Numbered from the stretch's first letter, positions 1-10,146 are shown. The stretch: DNA of 24,583 nt from Paraphysomonas bandaiensis (GCA_965644295.1 CBFFRP010000085.1:1-24583), one strand, 5' to 3'. Notes: generated from the letters alone by a model not told the origin. Made by a program: numbers and translations.

Positions 1-969
1 AACAAGTTTTATAAGTAGTTGATAGATTGAATTATTAGAGTGATCTAAAGGGAACGAAACAAGACTTACTAACCATCATGGACACGACTTCTGTATTTCC
101 TACGAGCTTTTCGACGGGGATGAGTAATACCAGCGTGATTAGGAGGAGGCATACGGCAGCGATTGGGGTTAGGAAGCAGTGATACACACAATTTCGTGGG
201 CCTACGTGATTGCCACCCGTTGGTTTACACCTATATCCATATAGCAGTCGGTGTAACAGCGATTTGAGTTAGGAAACATTGATTGGTACCGCATGTGCGA
301 TATTCGTAGTCCATTCATCATTATGAGAAGCTTTCTGATGGTTTTGAACAGCTCTATGTGCTTGCTCATCGTTCCGGACTATGATATACGATTATTTTCC
401 CATTATCACACACCATCGATTTTCTGTGGAATGGGGAGGAATTCGTAGGGTGCCATTGGGCACAGATGCATAGGTGTTCTAGGCATGCTGATGGTAAAAT
501 TTCCCTATGTATAGATGGCTAGGTCTGTTGTACACTGGTTCGCAGGAATGGCGATGTTTAACGGGTTGAAATGTGATTGCAGTTGTCATGAAATGTGCTT
601 GCAATTTTTGTGGATTCGAAGATTGTCATTTTTGGGTGTTTGTGGCTCGAAAATCGGCGATTTTCTGCAATTCTCAAAAATTGGGGATTTTTGGGTTTTT
701 TGGGACTCAAAAATCGGAGGTTTTTGGAAAAGACCTATTTAGGCGTATTTCAGGGGGTTTTTGACTATAAACGATGTAGGATATGAATCGTATGTAGTGT
801 AGTACATGTTTGAGCATATTGTACGGTTGTGGTTGCATTCAATGTCCTGTGTATGAGGAGGAGTCTTTAGACTAGGGGTCTGTCTTTCGTTTTGCTTGTA
901 ACTTAGTTTTTAATAATAATTCTCTATGAAATTAACATAGTTGGTTGACTGATCTGTCTATTGGGAGCT

Positions 970-2541
970 TTAGATTGCAGGATACAGGGGAGCTTGTGTT
1001 TCTGGCTGTTGGTTTCTTAAAGAGTTATTATTATAGCTTTCTGTTTTGTTGTTTCGATAAACAACCATTTCATATCTTTTCAGTGATCTTAGGTTGCAAG
1101 ACCTGAGTTGTTCATACTTCGACTTCTTGTGAAACACTGGGTTTTCGGCCAAATCCTGGGCACTCTGACTGTCGATGAAGAATGGTGTGGGTTTGATGAG
1201 CCTCAAATTAATCTCACCCGTCACCCCCCGAACCCATAGCACTTCTTGGAGACCCGAGTAAATACACTGATACTCAGACTGCATGCTTGACGTTGCCACT
1301 GTCGTCTGCAGTTTGGACTGCCAGACTATAGGCCCTCCCGCTGCAAACCCAACGTACCCCGACGTGGACTTCCTGGAGAGCTGATCTCCCGCCCAATCCG
1401 CGTCAGTAAACATATGGAAGTCGAACCGTCTACTCCCATATTGAATCCCTTTGTCAATAGACCCACGAATATATTGCCATACATGTGTTAATAGCTTGCA
1501 TACTTCAATATTCACCTTATTACTGAACCGAGACAGTACTCCCACTGCATAGGCAATATCCGGCCTCGTGTTCATCGATAGATATAGTAATGCACCTATC
1601 AGCGGCCGATATGGGAAGTTATCTACTATAAGCTGTTCCTCCTCGGTATGCTCATGCCGTGCCCCTTTTGCCACTAAATCCATTGCTTCCGCCGGTAGAG
1701 GACTCTTCCGTACCTTTCGCGGTGACCCAAGATACTTTTCAAACTTTTCTAAGATCTTAGCCGCATATACTGATTGGTCAAGACGAATATACTCTGGCGT
1801 TCTTGTGACTCGAACATTCAGAAAATGTTCCATCTCGCCCATATCCTTCATATCAAACCGGGCACACAGTTGAGCTTTAATATCCTTCACTATGTTGACA
1901 TCACGACCTAACACTAGGATATCATCCACATATATCGTTAATAATATCAATTCATCGCCCTTATACTGATAATACAAACACGGGTCTAATACACATGGTT
2001 TAAAATGCATAGATCGTATGAATTTATCCAATGTTTTCCACCACGACCGCGGGGAACTCCGAAGCCCGTATAACGACTTCTTCAACTTAAAGCAGTACCC
2101 CTCAGGCAGCTGAAAGTCCGGAGTTGCCTTCATATATACATCCCCCTCTATATCTGCATATAGAAATGCGTTAGACACATCCAGTTGATGAATTACCATG
2201 TTCATCACGAAAGCTATGGCGATTAACAGTCGCACTGTTACCCCCTTAACAACGGGTGCGAAATGGTTCGCCCAACCACTCGACTGCTGTCCACAACCGA
2301 TTGCTACAAGACGAGCCTTATATCGGCGGACCTCTCCCTCCTTATCGTACTTCTTTCCATAGACGTACTTGGAGTGCAGTGGGACGACTCCGTCCGGTAT
2401 ACGAGTCACCTCCATGGTATCTCGCTTCGCCAAACCCTCTCGCTCTACACGGCGAGCTCGTCTCCACTCCCTTTGCTCGGCACTCTCCAAGGACTCACGA
2501 TGTGTCTGAGGCACTGTCGACTCTTTTCCGCTGACATCCAC
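970..2541 (-). CDS. Copia reverse transcriptase-RNase H; last ~48 aa are read-through into unrelated sequence
   Basis: YKARLVAIG, QLDVSNAFL, KSLYGLRSSPRSW, IYVDDIL, TRPDIAYAV, TDADWAGD, IDSQSA motifs. The usual HIDIRYHFIR-like ending is absent. Confidence 0.92.
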   Translation of the reverse strand: MDVSGKESTVPQTHRESLESAEQREWRRARRVEREGLAKRDTMEVTRIPDGVVPLHSKYVYGKKYDKEGEVRRYKARLVAIGCGQQSSGWANHFAPVVKGVTVRLLIAIAFVMNMVIHQLDVSNAFLYADIEGDVYMKATPDFQLPEGYCFKLKKSLYGLRSSPRSWWKTLDKFIRSMHFKPCVLDPCLYYQYKGDELILLTIYVDDILVLGRDVNIVKDIKAQLCARFDMKDMGEMEHFLNVRVTRTPEYIRLDQSVYAAKILEKFEKYLGSPRKVRKSPLPAEAMDLVAKGARHEHTEEEQLIVDNFPYRPLIGALLYLSMNTRPDIAYAVGVLSRFSNKVNIEVCKLLTHVWQYIRGSIDKGIQYGSRRFDFHMFTDADWAGDQLSRKSTSGYVGFAAGGPIVWQSKLQTTVATSSMQSEYQCIYSGLQEVLWVRGVTGEINLRLIKPTPFFIDSQSAQDLAENPVFHKKSKYEQLRSCNLRSLKRYEMVVYRNNKTESYNNNSLRNQQPETQAPLYPAI

Positions 2542-5489
2542 ACTGAGTCTGCCTCCTGTAAAAGGTCACTCACATCACTCTCATCACTCAAATGATGGAT
2601 TTGTCCTAACACCGACACATTCGTTACCGTCCTTGGAGTTCTTGCGCGTTTGCCGTGCGGATGATTCTCGGCAGGGGTCCCTTCCCCCGAAGGTAATGCT
2701 GAGTCAGCCTGGGGCTGCACCTGCCCACTTTCCGACTGCTGTGGCACCACTCCGCTGATACCGCCGTCACGGTTGTCAGTAACTCTGGCCCTAACCACCC
2801 TCTGCGCAAGATCCTCTGTCATCTTCTTGATGTCAGCAATATGAATAGGAGTTTTATCCTCCACTTGAACCTGGTTACCAGTAACCAACGACCGGTATCC
2901 CACAATAAGTCCCTTCCTTATCACCACTCTGTTAGTCTTGTATAGCAGACCACCATCCTCATGGTGCTTTCCGATAAGATACTCAAACTCACCCGGTTGA
3001 CGAGCCTCGGGATCTATAGCCACTTGAGCCTCCTCCAGCTCTCTATAATAATCCTGAGACCTCTCAGGTACCGATTCATCAAATAATACATGTACAGAGT
3101 GTACTACGGTGTCCCCCACTAGCACCTTGTATCCTTTTCGATCAGCTGGATACCCTATGAAATAACCTGTCATTGCTTTGTCCTCCCAGTCCTTCCTCCT
3201 GTCGGCCTTGGGTGTTAGCACATATGCTTTGCACCCCCATTTCCGTAGCCACGATAGGCTGGGAACGCTCCCCCCTGGGACACACTCATATGGAGACATC
3301 CATCCTTGCCACGTCCGAGTTGGCATTCGTCGCACAATGTAACATGCAGTTTGATAAGCATCAAACCAGTACGACTTTGGAAGTCCAGATGCCGTCAACA
3401 TCGTCAGTGTCATCTCCCCAATTGTTCGGAATTTCCTCTCAGACACCGCGTTGAGCTCTGGCGTGTCTCGTGTTGTATGTGACACCCGAGTCCCATATCG
3501 CTGCAACAGATACTCTCTTATTTGCTGACTAATAAGTTCGGATCCTCCATCGGCATGATACTCCACTATACGGTTCCACCCCTCGTACTTCACTAAGTGG
3601 ACCTCGCACAAGTGTCGTAGACATTTGAACACCTCCTCTCCGCTTCGAGTCCTCAATCCATATTCCCATATCATCTTTGTTGCTAAGTCCGTAAATAGGA
3701 GCACGTACTTATACCCTTGTCTGGATTCACAATTGAGATAGACGGAGATGTCCGCTGTTACTCTTTCCAGGAACCTGACTGCGCTTAGCTCTTCGTTGTC
3801 CCGTGATTTGAACGAATGCCTGGTTATCTTCGCCTTGGCACACCATTTACACAGGGGTTTCTTGCAACTCTTCTCCTTTGCCTTCGAAAGGTGATGTCGT
3901 TGTAGTCCTGATCCTCTGAATAACATGTGTCGGTGAGCTTCTATTAACTTCGATTTCGAGACATGTCCAGTACGCTCATGTAAGCGATCCAACGCATCTT
4001 GTCCTGTATTATCCGACAAATTTACCTCCTCCATCTGATTGCACATAGACACATTTGGCAGATTTAACACCTCCATCAAGTCCACATACGGCATTCCTCC
4101 ATGCTCATCGTACTCTCCAGTCAACACCTCGTTTCCAGAGTCCAATTCCACGATTTTAGGCTTTCGAAGCAGTTGTAATCCGTATCCCATTGATCTCAGC
4201 ATTCCTCCTGACACAATGTTCTTCACCGCTTCTTCACTAACTCTGATGTCTCTCCATTCCCCGAATGTACCAGTTCCCTGTGTCTCCAATTGAGAACCCT
4301 TTCTAGTTAGTTGGATTGCCCCAAACTCAGGAGTAAATGACTCCAGTGCAATTTTATCCTTTACTATAAACAGTCTTTTACTTGCACAACTGTCCAGATA
4401 TACACGAGGTTCTTCCGACGTATCCACCGATAGCAAAACCTCTTCTCCAAACATATTCGCTTCATCATCCGACGACTCTCCGTCGTTGACGTATTTCTTC
4501 CATTCTGTCTCGAATTTCCTGTTCGATTTTCGAGGATTCTCATTATCCGGGTTTTTTATGTTCTTCCGTTTTTTCGACTTGCACTGTCGGGCTTTATGAC
4601 TAAAATCTCCACAGATATGACAACCAGTATAATCCTTTGATCCTGGCTGCTGCACACTCTTCGAAGCCTTTTCCTTTGTCTTCCCTTTTCTTTTGAACTT
4701 ATCCATTTTTCTTTGTCGTTCCTTAGCATAACAATTCGCTGCTACATGTCCCTTCTTCCGACAAAATGAACAAACCACTGGCTCCTTCGACGCCGTAAAA
4801 TTGATCTCTTCAGATTTGTCTCCCTTTAGTTTCTTCAGCTGCGTCATAGCCTCGTCATACTCTTCACAAGCCTCTTTCACCGAATCAAATGTAGTTGTTG
4901 CTTTAGGCATCATCGCTACCGACATCCATAAATCATGTAATTCCTCTATCTGCAGCGCTGCTTTTATCTTTGCTAATTTACTTGCCTCTGTCTGCGGTTG
5001 TCCCAATTTTATGAGCTTCTGGATTATACCGTTCAGTCGATCTACCCCAACAGACACCTTTTCCCCCGGCCTTATTTTGAACGAATGGTATTCTGCCGTA
5101 GTCTTCTCCAATACAGTCCCAATCTCGCCTCTGAACCTATCAACCAGTGTCTGAAGGAGCTCACTGGATAACACCTCCTTAGCAGGATCATCAGCAGGTA
5201 AAATTGCCTTCCCCTCCAAATATTGATTGGCTACCTCCAACACATCAGGGTCATGCTCGCAAGCCTCCCAAATAGTACTAACACAGGTATCATTACGCTC
5301 TCTCCATGACTCTAAATTCCTTCCTCCGGCTGGCGGGTCCTCCAAGCCAAGATGGTTTCGGTTTTTCTTCATTAGATGCATCTTGATTTTTCTCGCTGAA
5401 TAGTCTGCTTGGTTCTTGTCAAACCGTAGCTTCTTGTCATCTTCCCCATCCCTACAACTAGCATTCGCTACCATAACAGAAGTTGACAT
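2445..5489 (-). CDS. Copia gag-protease-integrase polyprotein; frameshifted relative to RT at ~2524-2527
   Basis: Two CCHC knuckles (CSFCRKKGHVAANC, CHICGDFSHKARQC); protease YLDSCAS; integrase HHCC (LHERTGH...CKWC); DDE core (TADIS, HADGGSE, VSERK); WGCKAYV and GYFIGY...GYKV...VLFDE motifs. Confidence 0.93.
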   Translation of the reverse strand: MSTSVMVANASCRDGEDDKKLRFDKNQADYSARKIKMHLMKKNRNHLGLEDPPAGGRNLESWRERNDTCVSTIWEACEHDPDVLEVANQYLEGKAILPADDPAKEVLSSELLQTLVDRFRGEIGTVLEKTTAEYHSFKIRPGEKVSVGVDRLNGIIQKLIKLGQPQTEASKLAKIKAALQIEELHDLWMSVAMMPKATTTFDSVKEACEEYDEAMTQLKKLKGDKSEEINFTASKEPVVCSFCRKKGHVAANCYAKERQRKMDKFKRKGKTKEKASKSVQQPGSKDYTGCHICGDFSHKARQCKSKKRKNIKNPDNENPRKSNRKFETEWKKYVNDGESSDDEANMFGEEVLLSVDTSEEPRVYLDSCASKRLFIVKDKIALESFTPEFGAIQLTRKGSQLETQGTGTFGEWRDIRVSEEAVKNIVSGGMLRSMGYGLQLLRKPKIVELDSGNEVLTGEYDEHGGMPYVDLMEVLNLPNVSMCNQMEEVNLSDNTGQDALDRLHERTGHVSKSKLIEAHRHMLFRGSGLQRHHLSKAKEKSCKKPLCKWCAKAKITRHSFKSRDNEELSAVRFLERVTADISVYLNCESRQGYKYVLLFTDLATKMIWEYGLRTRSGEEVFKCLRHLCEVHLVKYEGWNRIVEYHADGGSELISQQIREYLLQRYGTRVSHTTRDTPELNAVSERKFRTIGEMTLTMLTASGLPKSYWFDAYQTACYIVRRMPTRTWQGWMSPYECVPGGSVPSLSWLRKWGCKAYVLTPKADRRKDWEDKAMTGYFIGYPADRKGYKVLVGDTVVHSVHVLFDESVPERSQDYYRELEEAQVAIDPEARQPGEFEYLIGKHHEDGGLLYKTNRVVIRKGLIVGYRSLVTGNQVQVEDKTPIHIADIKKMTEDLAQRVVRARVTDNRDGGISGVVPQQSESGQVQPQADSALPSGEGTPAENHPHGKRARTPRTVTNVSVLGQIHHLSDESDVSDLLQEADSVWMSAEKSRQCLRHIVSPWRVPSKGSGDELAV
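5465..5473 (-). promoter_or_regulatory. Primer-binding site of copia A (probably initiator tRNA-Met)
   Basis: TGGTAGCGA, same 9-mer as the copia B PBS and similar to the Ty1 PBS TGGTAGCGCC; lies at the start of gag. Confidence 0.7.
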
Positions 5490-5724
5490 TATTTGCTAAG
5501 GTTTACTATTCTCAACTGATAAGATGAAATTATAATCATTACATGATAAAGAACCTAAGTTGTGTTCGATGTGTTCAACACCATTCATTTACTACTATAG
5601 TGTACAAACCACACACTCAGTGATCGTATCCTGTATAGTCATCCACTTCTACTTCAGTTTCATACTACATAATATAATGTACTAATTACATATATATCTT
5701 TCGATCCTTGCATCTCACATAATA
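5474..5724 (-). repeat. Probable 5' LTR of copia A (TATTATG...CTGTTA)
   Basis: AT-rich non-coding tract directly upstream of the PBS. No second copy in the window; the outer boundary is guessed by analogy with the TATTAG start of the copia B LTR. Confidence 0.4.
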
Positions 5725-5748
5725 CTGCACTCAATTGCAAGTATATAG

Positions 5749-5952
5749 AATCTTCAGATCTCAACAGAGGAGACTCTTGATAGTGCACAAGAGTCTACTA
5801 AATTTGAGTCAGTGAGAAGGACTCTCAGGCTTATGCTTGGAGGGTTAGACCCTTCCATTGCCAATGCTAGTGAGGATCAAATCCGAGACATAGGCTTGGC
5901 TTTTGGATTAAGTGAGACTGAATCAGAGACGTTGGTGTCTCACATCTACTAA
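5749..5952 (+). pseudogene. Orphan coding-like terminal exon, unknown protein (NLQISTEETLDS...LSETESETLVSHIY*)
   Basis: 67 stop-free codons after TATATAG with protein-like composition; upstream context replaced by copia A. No family recognised. Confidence 0.3.
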
Positions 5953-6002
5953 ATTAACGTAATCATCTGCCGCATCACTCGTAGTACACTTACTTGTATT
6001 CT

Positions 6003-6858
6003 TTATCCGTTAGCATCACATTGCAGTGTTGCCTCATTATTATAATATCCAGGTAGTTACTCCCTAGTCTCGTCGGCTTTTATACCATTAGCCCGTATTA
6101 CAAACGGTGAAAGTCCTGGTTGACGAAAGCTTGTTGTAAACATACGACATCGTTCCTTACATGACCCTCCCTTTCTTATATTTGCCTCACAGTCAAGTTT
6201 GATATCCTTGCGCGTGAAATAAGATTTACAGCTAGTGTTAGGGTTTAATGAAAGATGCGCTTTGTATTGTTAAAAGGTAATGATTGATTATTATGAAGAA
6301 TAAGGCCTAATAGTATAATAGCAAGAAATGGGGTTCTTGAAATGAACACCAAGATTCGCATTGACTGAAATTTCGCTTATGTCGAAGAGGTTGTTTAGGA
6401 GTGTCACCTTGATATGAACCTCTGGCAGCAGTACACTGAGGGACATATTGGCCTGGGCTCTACTATTTACTTTGCATTGCCGATCAGCGTAGGAAAACAG
6501 CTGCTCTGCTGATGTGTCAGTCAATGAACTTGCCGAATAACCAATACCAATTGCCACAAGACATGGAAAGTGTTGACGTTACAGAGACCAGAAGCTCTGA
6601 ACATTGTCTCCCACCGGACCAGTAAGTATTGGCGTGCAATTCTGTCAGAAATAATCCACGGCGCAGACCCTGCAACTCATTCAAATGTTTATTGGAGTTA
6701 AATCCTAATGACAACATGTTTCCCCTGAAGTCTATAAGATTTTCCACAAAGGTCTTTACCAATGCGTCCCAGAACTGTAAATATGTCATGTCTCCGAATG
6801 CAACGGCACCAGGACGAGGATTTGTGGGTACTGGTATAACTGTTTCGGCTCCGAGCAA
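6003..6858 (-). pseudogene. Decayed coding sequence of unknown product
   Basis: Overlapping minus ORFs 6517..6858 and 6291..6557, then a further Cys-containing frame (NPNTSCKSYFTRKDIKLDCEANIRKGGSCKERCRMF...) with an internal stop. Confidence 0.3.
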
Positions 6859-7172
6859 GGGATATTCTCATGAGACTTGAAAATGACAGTGAGAAAAGAA
6901 AAAATCTCATTAAGCGTGCAATTGTATACTATTAAGTTCAAAAAAGTCCATTAGACACTCTGAGAGAGCAAGCAAAGCAAGGCCATCTTCAACCTCTTCC
7001 ATATCGAACCAAAGAGCTCTTTGACGATAATCCTTTGACACAGTGCAAGATGAATGATACAGGAAGATGATCTAAAGAGTTGGGGTGATATATATTATAA
7101 ATGAGAGAACTATATGACCATATGGAAAGATCTGGCAAAGAGAACCTTTTGAGAGAAAAAAATGTTCAAATG

Positions 7173-8486
7173 CCACTGTCGGTCAAAACCATGTCATCGG
7201 TCAAAACCGTGTCATTCCCTTTTTTTCAGTTTCTCTCTTCAGTTTGTATTTTGAGTGATTATTATGATCATATCCAACTTTGTCACTCCGTATCTCCACT
7301 GATACAAAACCATCCACACCTATCAGCATATCCTCATGTTTATCTTGCTCTGCTCTTCCAAATTATCCAAATTGTTGTGGGGTTTGAGCTAAATACCGCT
7401 CCGTTCTGTCCCTCACATTTCACCTCTCCCGCAACTGAGATTCCACGATCCCAACCAACAGAGACAGACTTTAAGTGATGGGAAATGGTGTGAATGATGG
7501 GTGTTGTGAAAGTGGCGACATCTTACATCTGCTTGTCACCTCCCGAATGTTTCATTGTTGTGAATGTCACACTTATAGATCTCTCTGTCGCATGTGTACT
7601 GCACATATACACGTCTTAAGTATACATACATTGCACAAACGTATACGTATATGTGCTATATATGTACTGCGCACACATATATGTGCGAATTATATGTATA
7701 TGTTACATATATAAGTCTCTGTTACATACATGCTGCCCATATATATATGTGTGTGTCTCTGTCACAAATGTACTGCATATATATATATGTGCCATATGAA
7801 TACTTCACACTAATACACGTCTGTGACACATATATACTTCAAACATCTATGTATGTATGTCATATATAAACTGCAAGCTTATATATGTCTCTGTTACATA
7901 TGATGTGCGATATGTAAATATGTCATGTCTATGTTATATGTACACTGCACACATAAAGTGTATATCAGGGCTAGGGAACAATATATTGCAATACTATTGT
8001 GACGTATCGTCCCACCAATACCTAGTTCAATTGTATTTTAAGAGTCTATTGATACTATTACAATGTATTGCAATATACATATTACAATATATTGCAATAG
8101 CATTAATATATATATAAGTTGTCCGTTGCTAATTACTTACGTTCACTTCATTTCTAGTACTGTTTTTTAAGAGTACATGAGCTTATCACAAACTGTAATG
8201 CCTAACACCATTCCAATACTCGCATTAACGCCATATTCACAATGTATGTCTTCAATTCACTATTATTTGAAAGATGTGTGCATCAGGCCACAAGTGGCGA
8301 TTAGCTCTTGAAAATAGAATCACATCAAGTGTATCGGGATGAGTGAGCAATGAGTACTTTTGCGCAGGACGGAGATGATAAGTTTAGCTACGCTGACTAA
8401 TCTTTCACGTGTATTTGACGTGCAGACAATATTGCTTATATAGTGTCTCTATATCATCTGTAAAGCGTAATGTTGATTTGGATGCA
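7173..8486 (+). repeat. Left inverted arm
   Basis: Terminal 18-bp tandem pair TCGGTCAAAACCRTGTCA; TA/CA-rich minisatellite-like tract ~7580-7960 with recurring GTCTCTGTYACA; then a hAT end. Confidence 0.95.
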
Positions 8487-8955
8487 TTTTGTGAGCATAG
8501 TTAAAGGTATAGGGTTCTATGTAGCGATCAACTAGACGATATTCCACAATGACATAAAGTTGATCACTTTTGGATTGAAATCATGTAGGTGGTGCATCAA
8601 TTCTTGGACCACTGTACTAGAAACAGCAAAACATCTTTACCAAGATGACGGATCATTAAAGGTGACGAATAGTGTCTGTAGTGTGTAGTGTACTGAGCTT
8701 GTATGGATTCTGCAAAACTTATATTACTTGACCGAAGTGTACACGAAAAACGCATGACTATATAACGAATTTAGAGATTTTTCATCACTATTCTCCCGTA
8801 GCTTGATGAATAATAGAAGAGCCTTACTCATAGATACCTTGATGTCTCAACTTTTCGCTTCTTCAGCTTCTGGGAGGACTGCATCAACCTTCTGTGTCCA
8901 ACTCAGAATTTTTCATATATAATATTATTCTAACTCGCGAGAATTATATGCATGC
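7966..8955 (-). mobile_element. hAT-family 3' end with decayed transposase C-terminus (left copy)
   Basis: TIR CAGGGCTAGGGAACAATATATTGCAATAC at 7966; CAATATATTG-type subterminal repeats; minus-strand IVCTSNTRERLVSVAKLIISVLRKSTH...PDTLDVILFSRANRHLW matches the hAT dimerisation-domain pattern. Confidence 0.8.
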
Positions 8956-9482
8956 TATTAATTAAAAAGACCAGAGATCTAATTAAGTCTACATTTTTGC
9001 AATGTAATATCATTGATGTTGGCGATATTATTAATACTACTCATCGAATGAAAGAGATGAGTTTTGCTGTTCGTAGAACCTGTATTTCAAAGGTATCTGA
9101 ATTACGGCTGTTACGTGAAGAATGCAGTAGTGAATACAGTATTACTTGAACTAAAGATAGAATGAGAAAAAAGCAGTGAACCTGAAATACTTTGACTGTA
9201 TAAGATCGTGGCTTCTAAGATCTGATAATATTTTTTGGTAGTTGAGAGAATATAATTGTAACGAATATCAGTGAATAGTGAGAGATGTTGATTATAATTT
9301 TATTAATTTATTACTGTGTGACTTCAAGAATAGTTAATTAAGGTATTTCACCATCCAAATATGTCAAGAGATGATAGAAAGTAGGAATTACGAATTACTA
9401 TAGCACAGTACACACGTACAGACTCAACTATTGCGTACCATATACTGCAGCCTACCCTCCATGAATAACCGTAACTGCCCAA

Positions 9483-10146
9483 CATGCATAATATAATAAT
9501 AATCGCAAGTTAGAACAATATTAAATATAAAAAATTCGGAGTTGGACAAAGGTTGACGCAGGCCTCCCAGAAACTGAAGAAGAAAAACGTTAGACACCAA
9601 GGTACAGGTATACTGTCATGTTGTCTGCATCCAAATCAACATTACGCTTTACAGATGATATAGAGACACTATATAAGCAATATTGTCTGCACGTCAAATA
9701 CACGTGAAAGATTAGTCAGCGTAGCTAAACTTATCATCTCCGTCCTGCGCAAAAGTACTCATTGCTCACTCATCCCGATACACTTGATGTGATTCTATTT
9801 TCAAGAGCTAATCGCCACTTGTGGCCTGATGCACACATCTTTCAAATAATAGTGAATTGAAGACATACATTGTGAATATGGCGTTAATGCGAGTATTGGA
9901 ATGGTGTTAGGCATTACAGTTTGTGATAAGCTCATGTACTCTTAAAAAACAGTACTAGAAATGAAGTGAACGTAAGTAATTAGCAACGGACAACTTATAT
10001 ATATATTAATGCTATTGCAATATATTGTAATATGTATATTGCAATACATTGTAATAGTATCAATAGACTCTTAAAATACAATTGAACTAGGTATTGGTGG
10101 GACGATACGTCACAATAGTATTGCAATATATTGTTCCCTAGCCCTG
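9483..10146 (+). mobile_element. hAT-family 3' end with decayed transposase C-terminus (right copy)
   Basis: Same dimerisation-domain remnant at ~9682-9830; TIR ends TTCCCTAGCCCTG at 10146; 9483-9605 is a diverged inverted homologue of ~8833-8955. Confidence 0.8.

Larger units (their letters stand above)
1115..5724 (-). mobile_element. Ty1/copia LTR retrotransposon A, 3'-truncated (end of RNase H, PPT and 3' LTR missing)
   Basis: Domain order gag-PR-IN-RT-RH in ORFs 2445..5489 and 970..2541; PBS-like TGGTAGCGA at 5473-5465. Homology stops after NPVFHKKSK (~1117). The 5' limit is uncertain. Confidence 0.93.

Noticed and set aside
1568-5154. Plus-strand ORFs overlapping copia A
   Set aside because: Antisense shadows of the gag-pol frame with no motifs.
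7073-7170. TGA-as-Trp alternative genetic code suggested by in-frame TGAs here and at 16872
   Set aside because: These are decayed regions; the long intact ORFs and the ankyrin exons use TGG and have no in-frame TGA.
7475-8117. Tyr/Ile/Cys/Met-rich ORFs and their mirror images at 9995-10637
   Set aside because: By-products of TA/CA low-complexity DNA in the inverted arms.
7966-10146. A standalone hAT insertion bounded by the two CAGGGCTAGGG TIRs
   Set aside because: Flanks are inverted rather than an 8-bp direct TSD, and both ends are the same 3' end.
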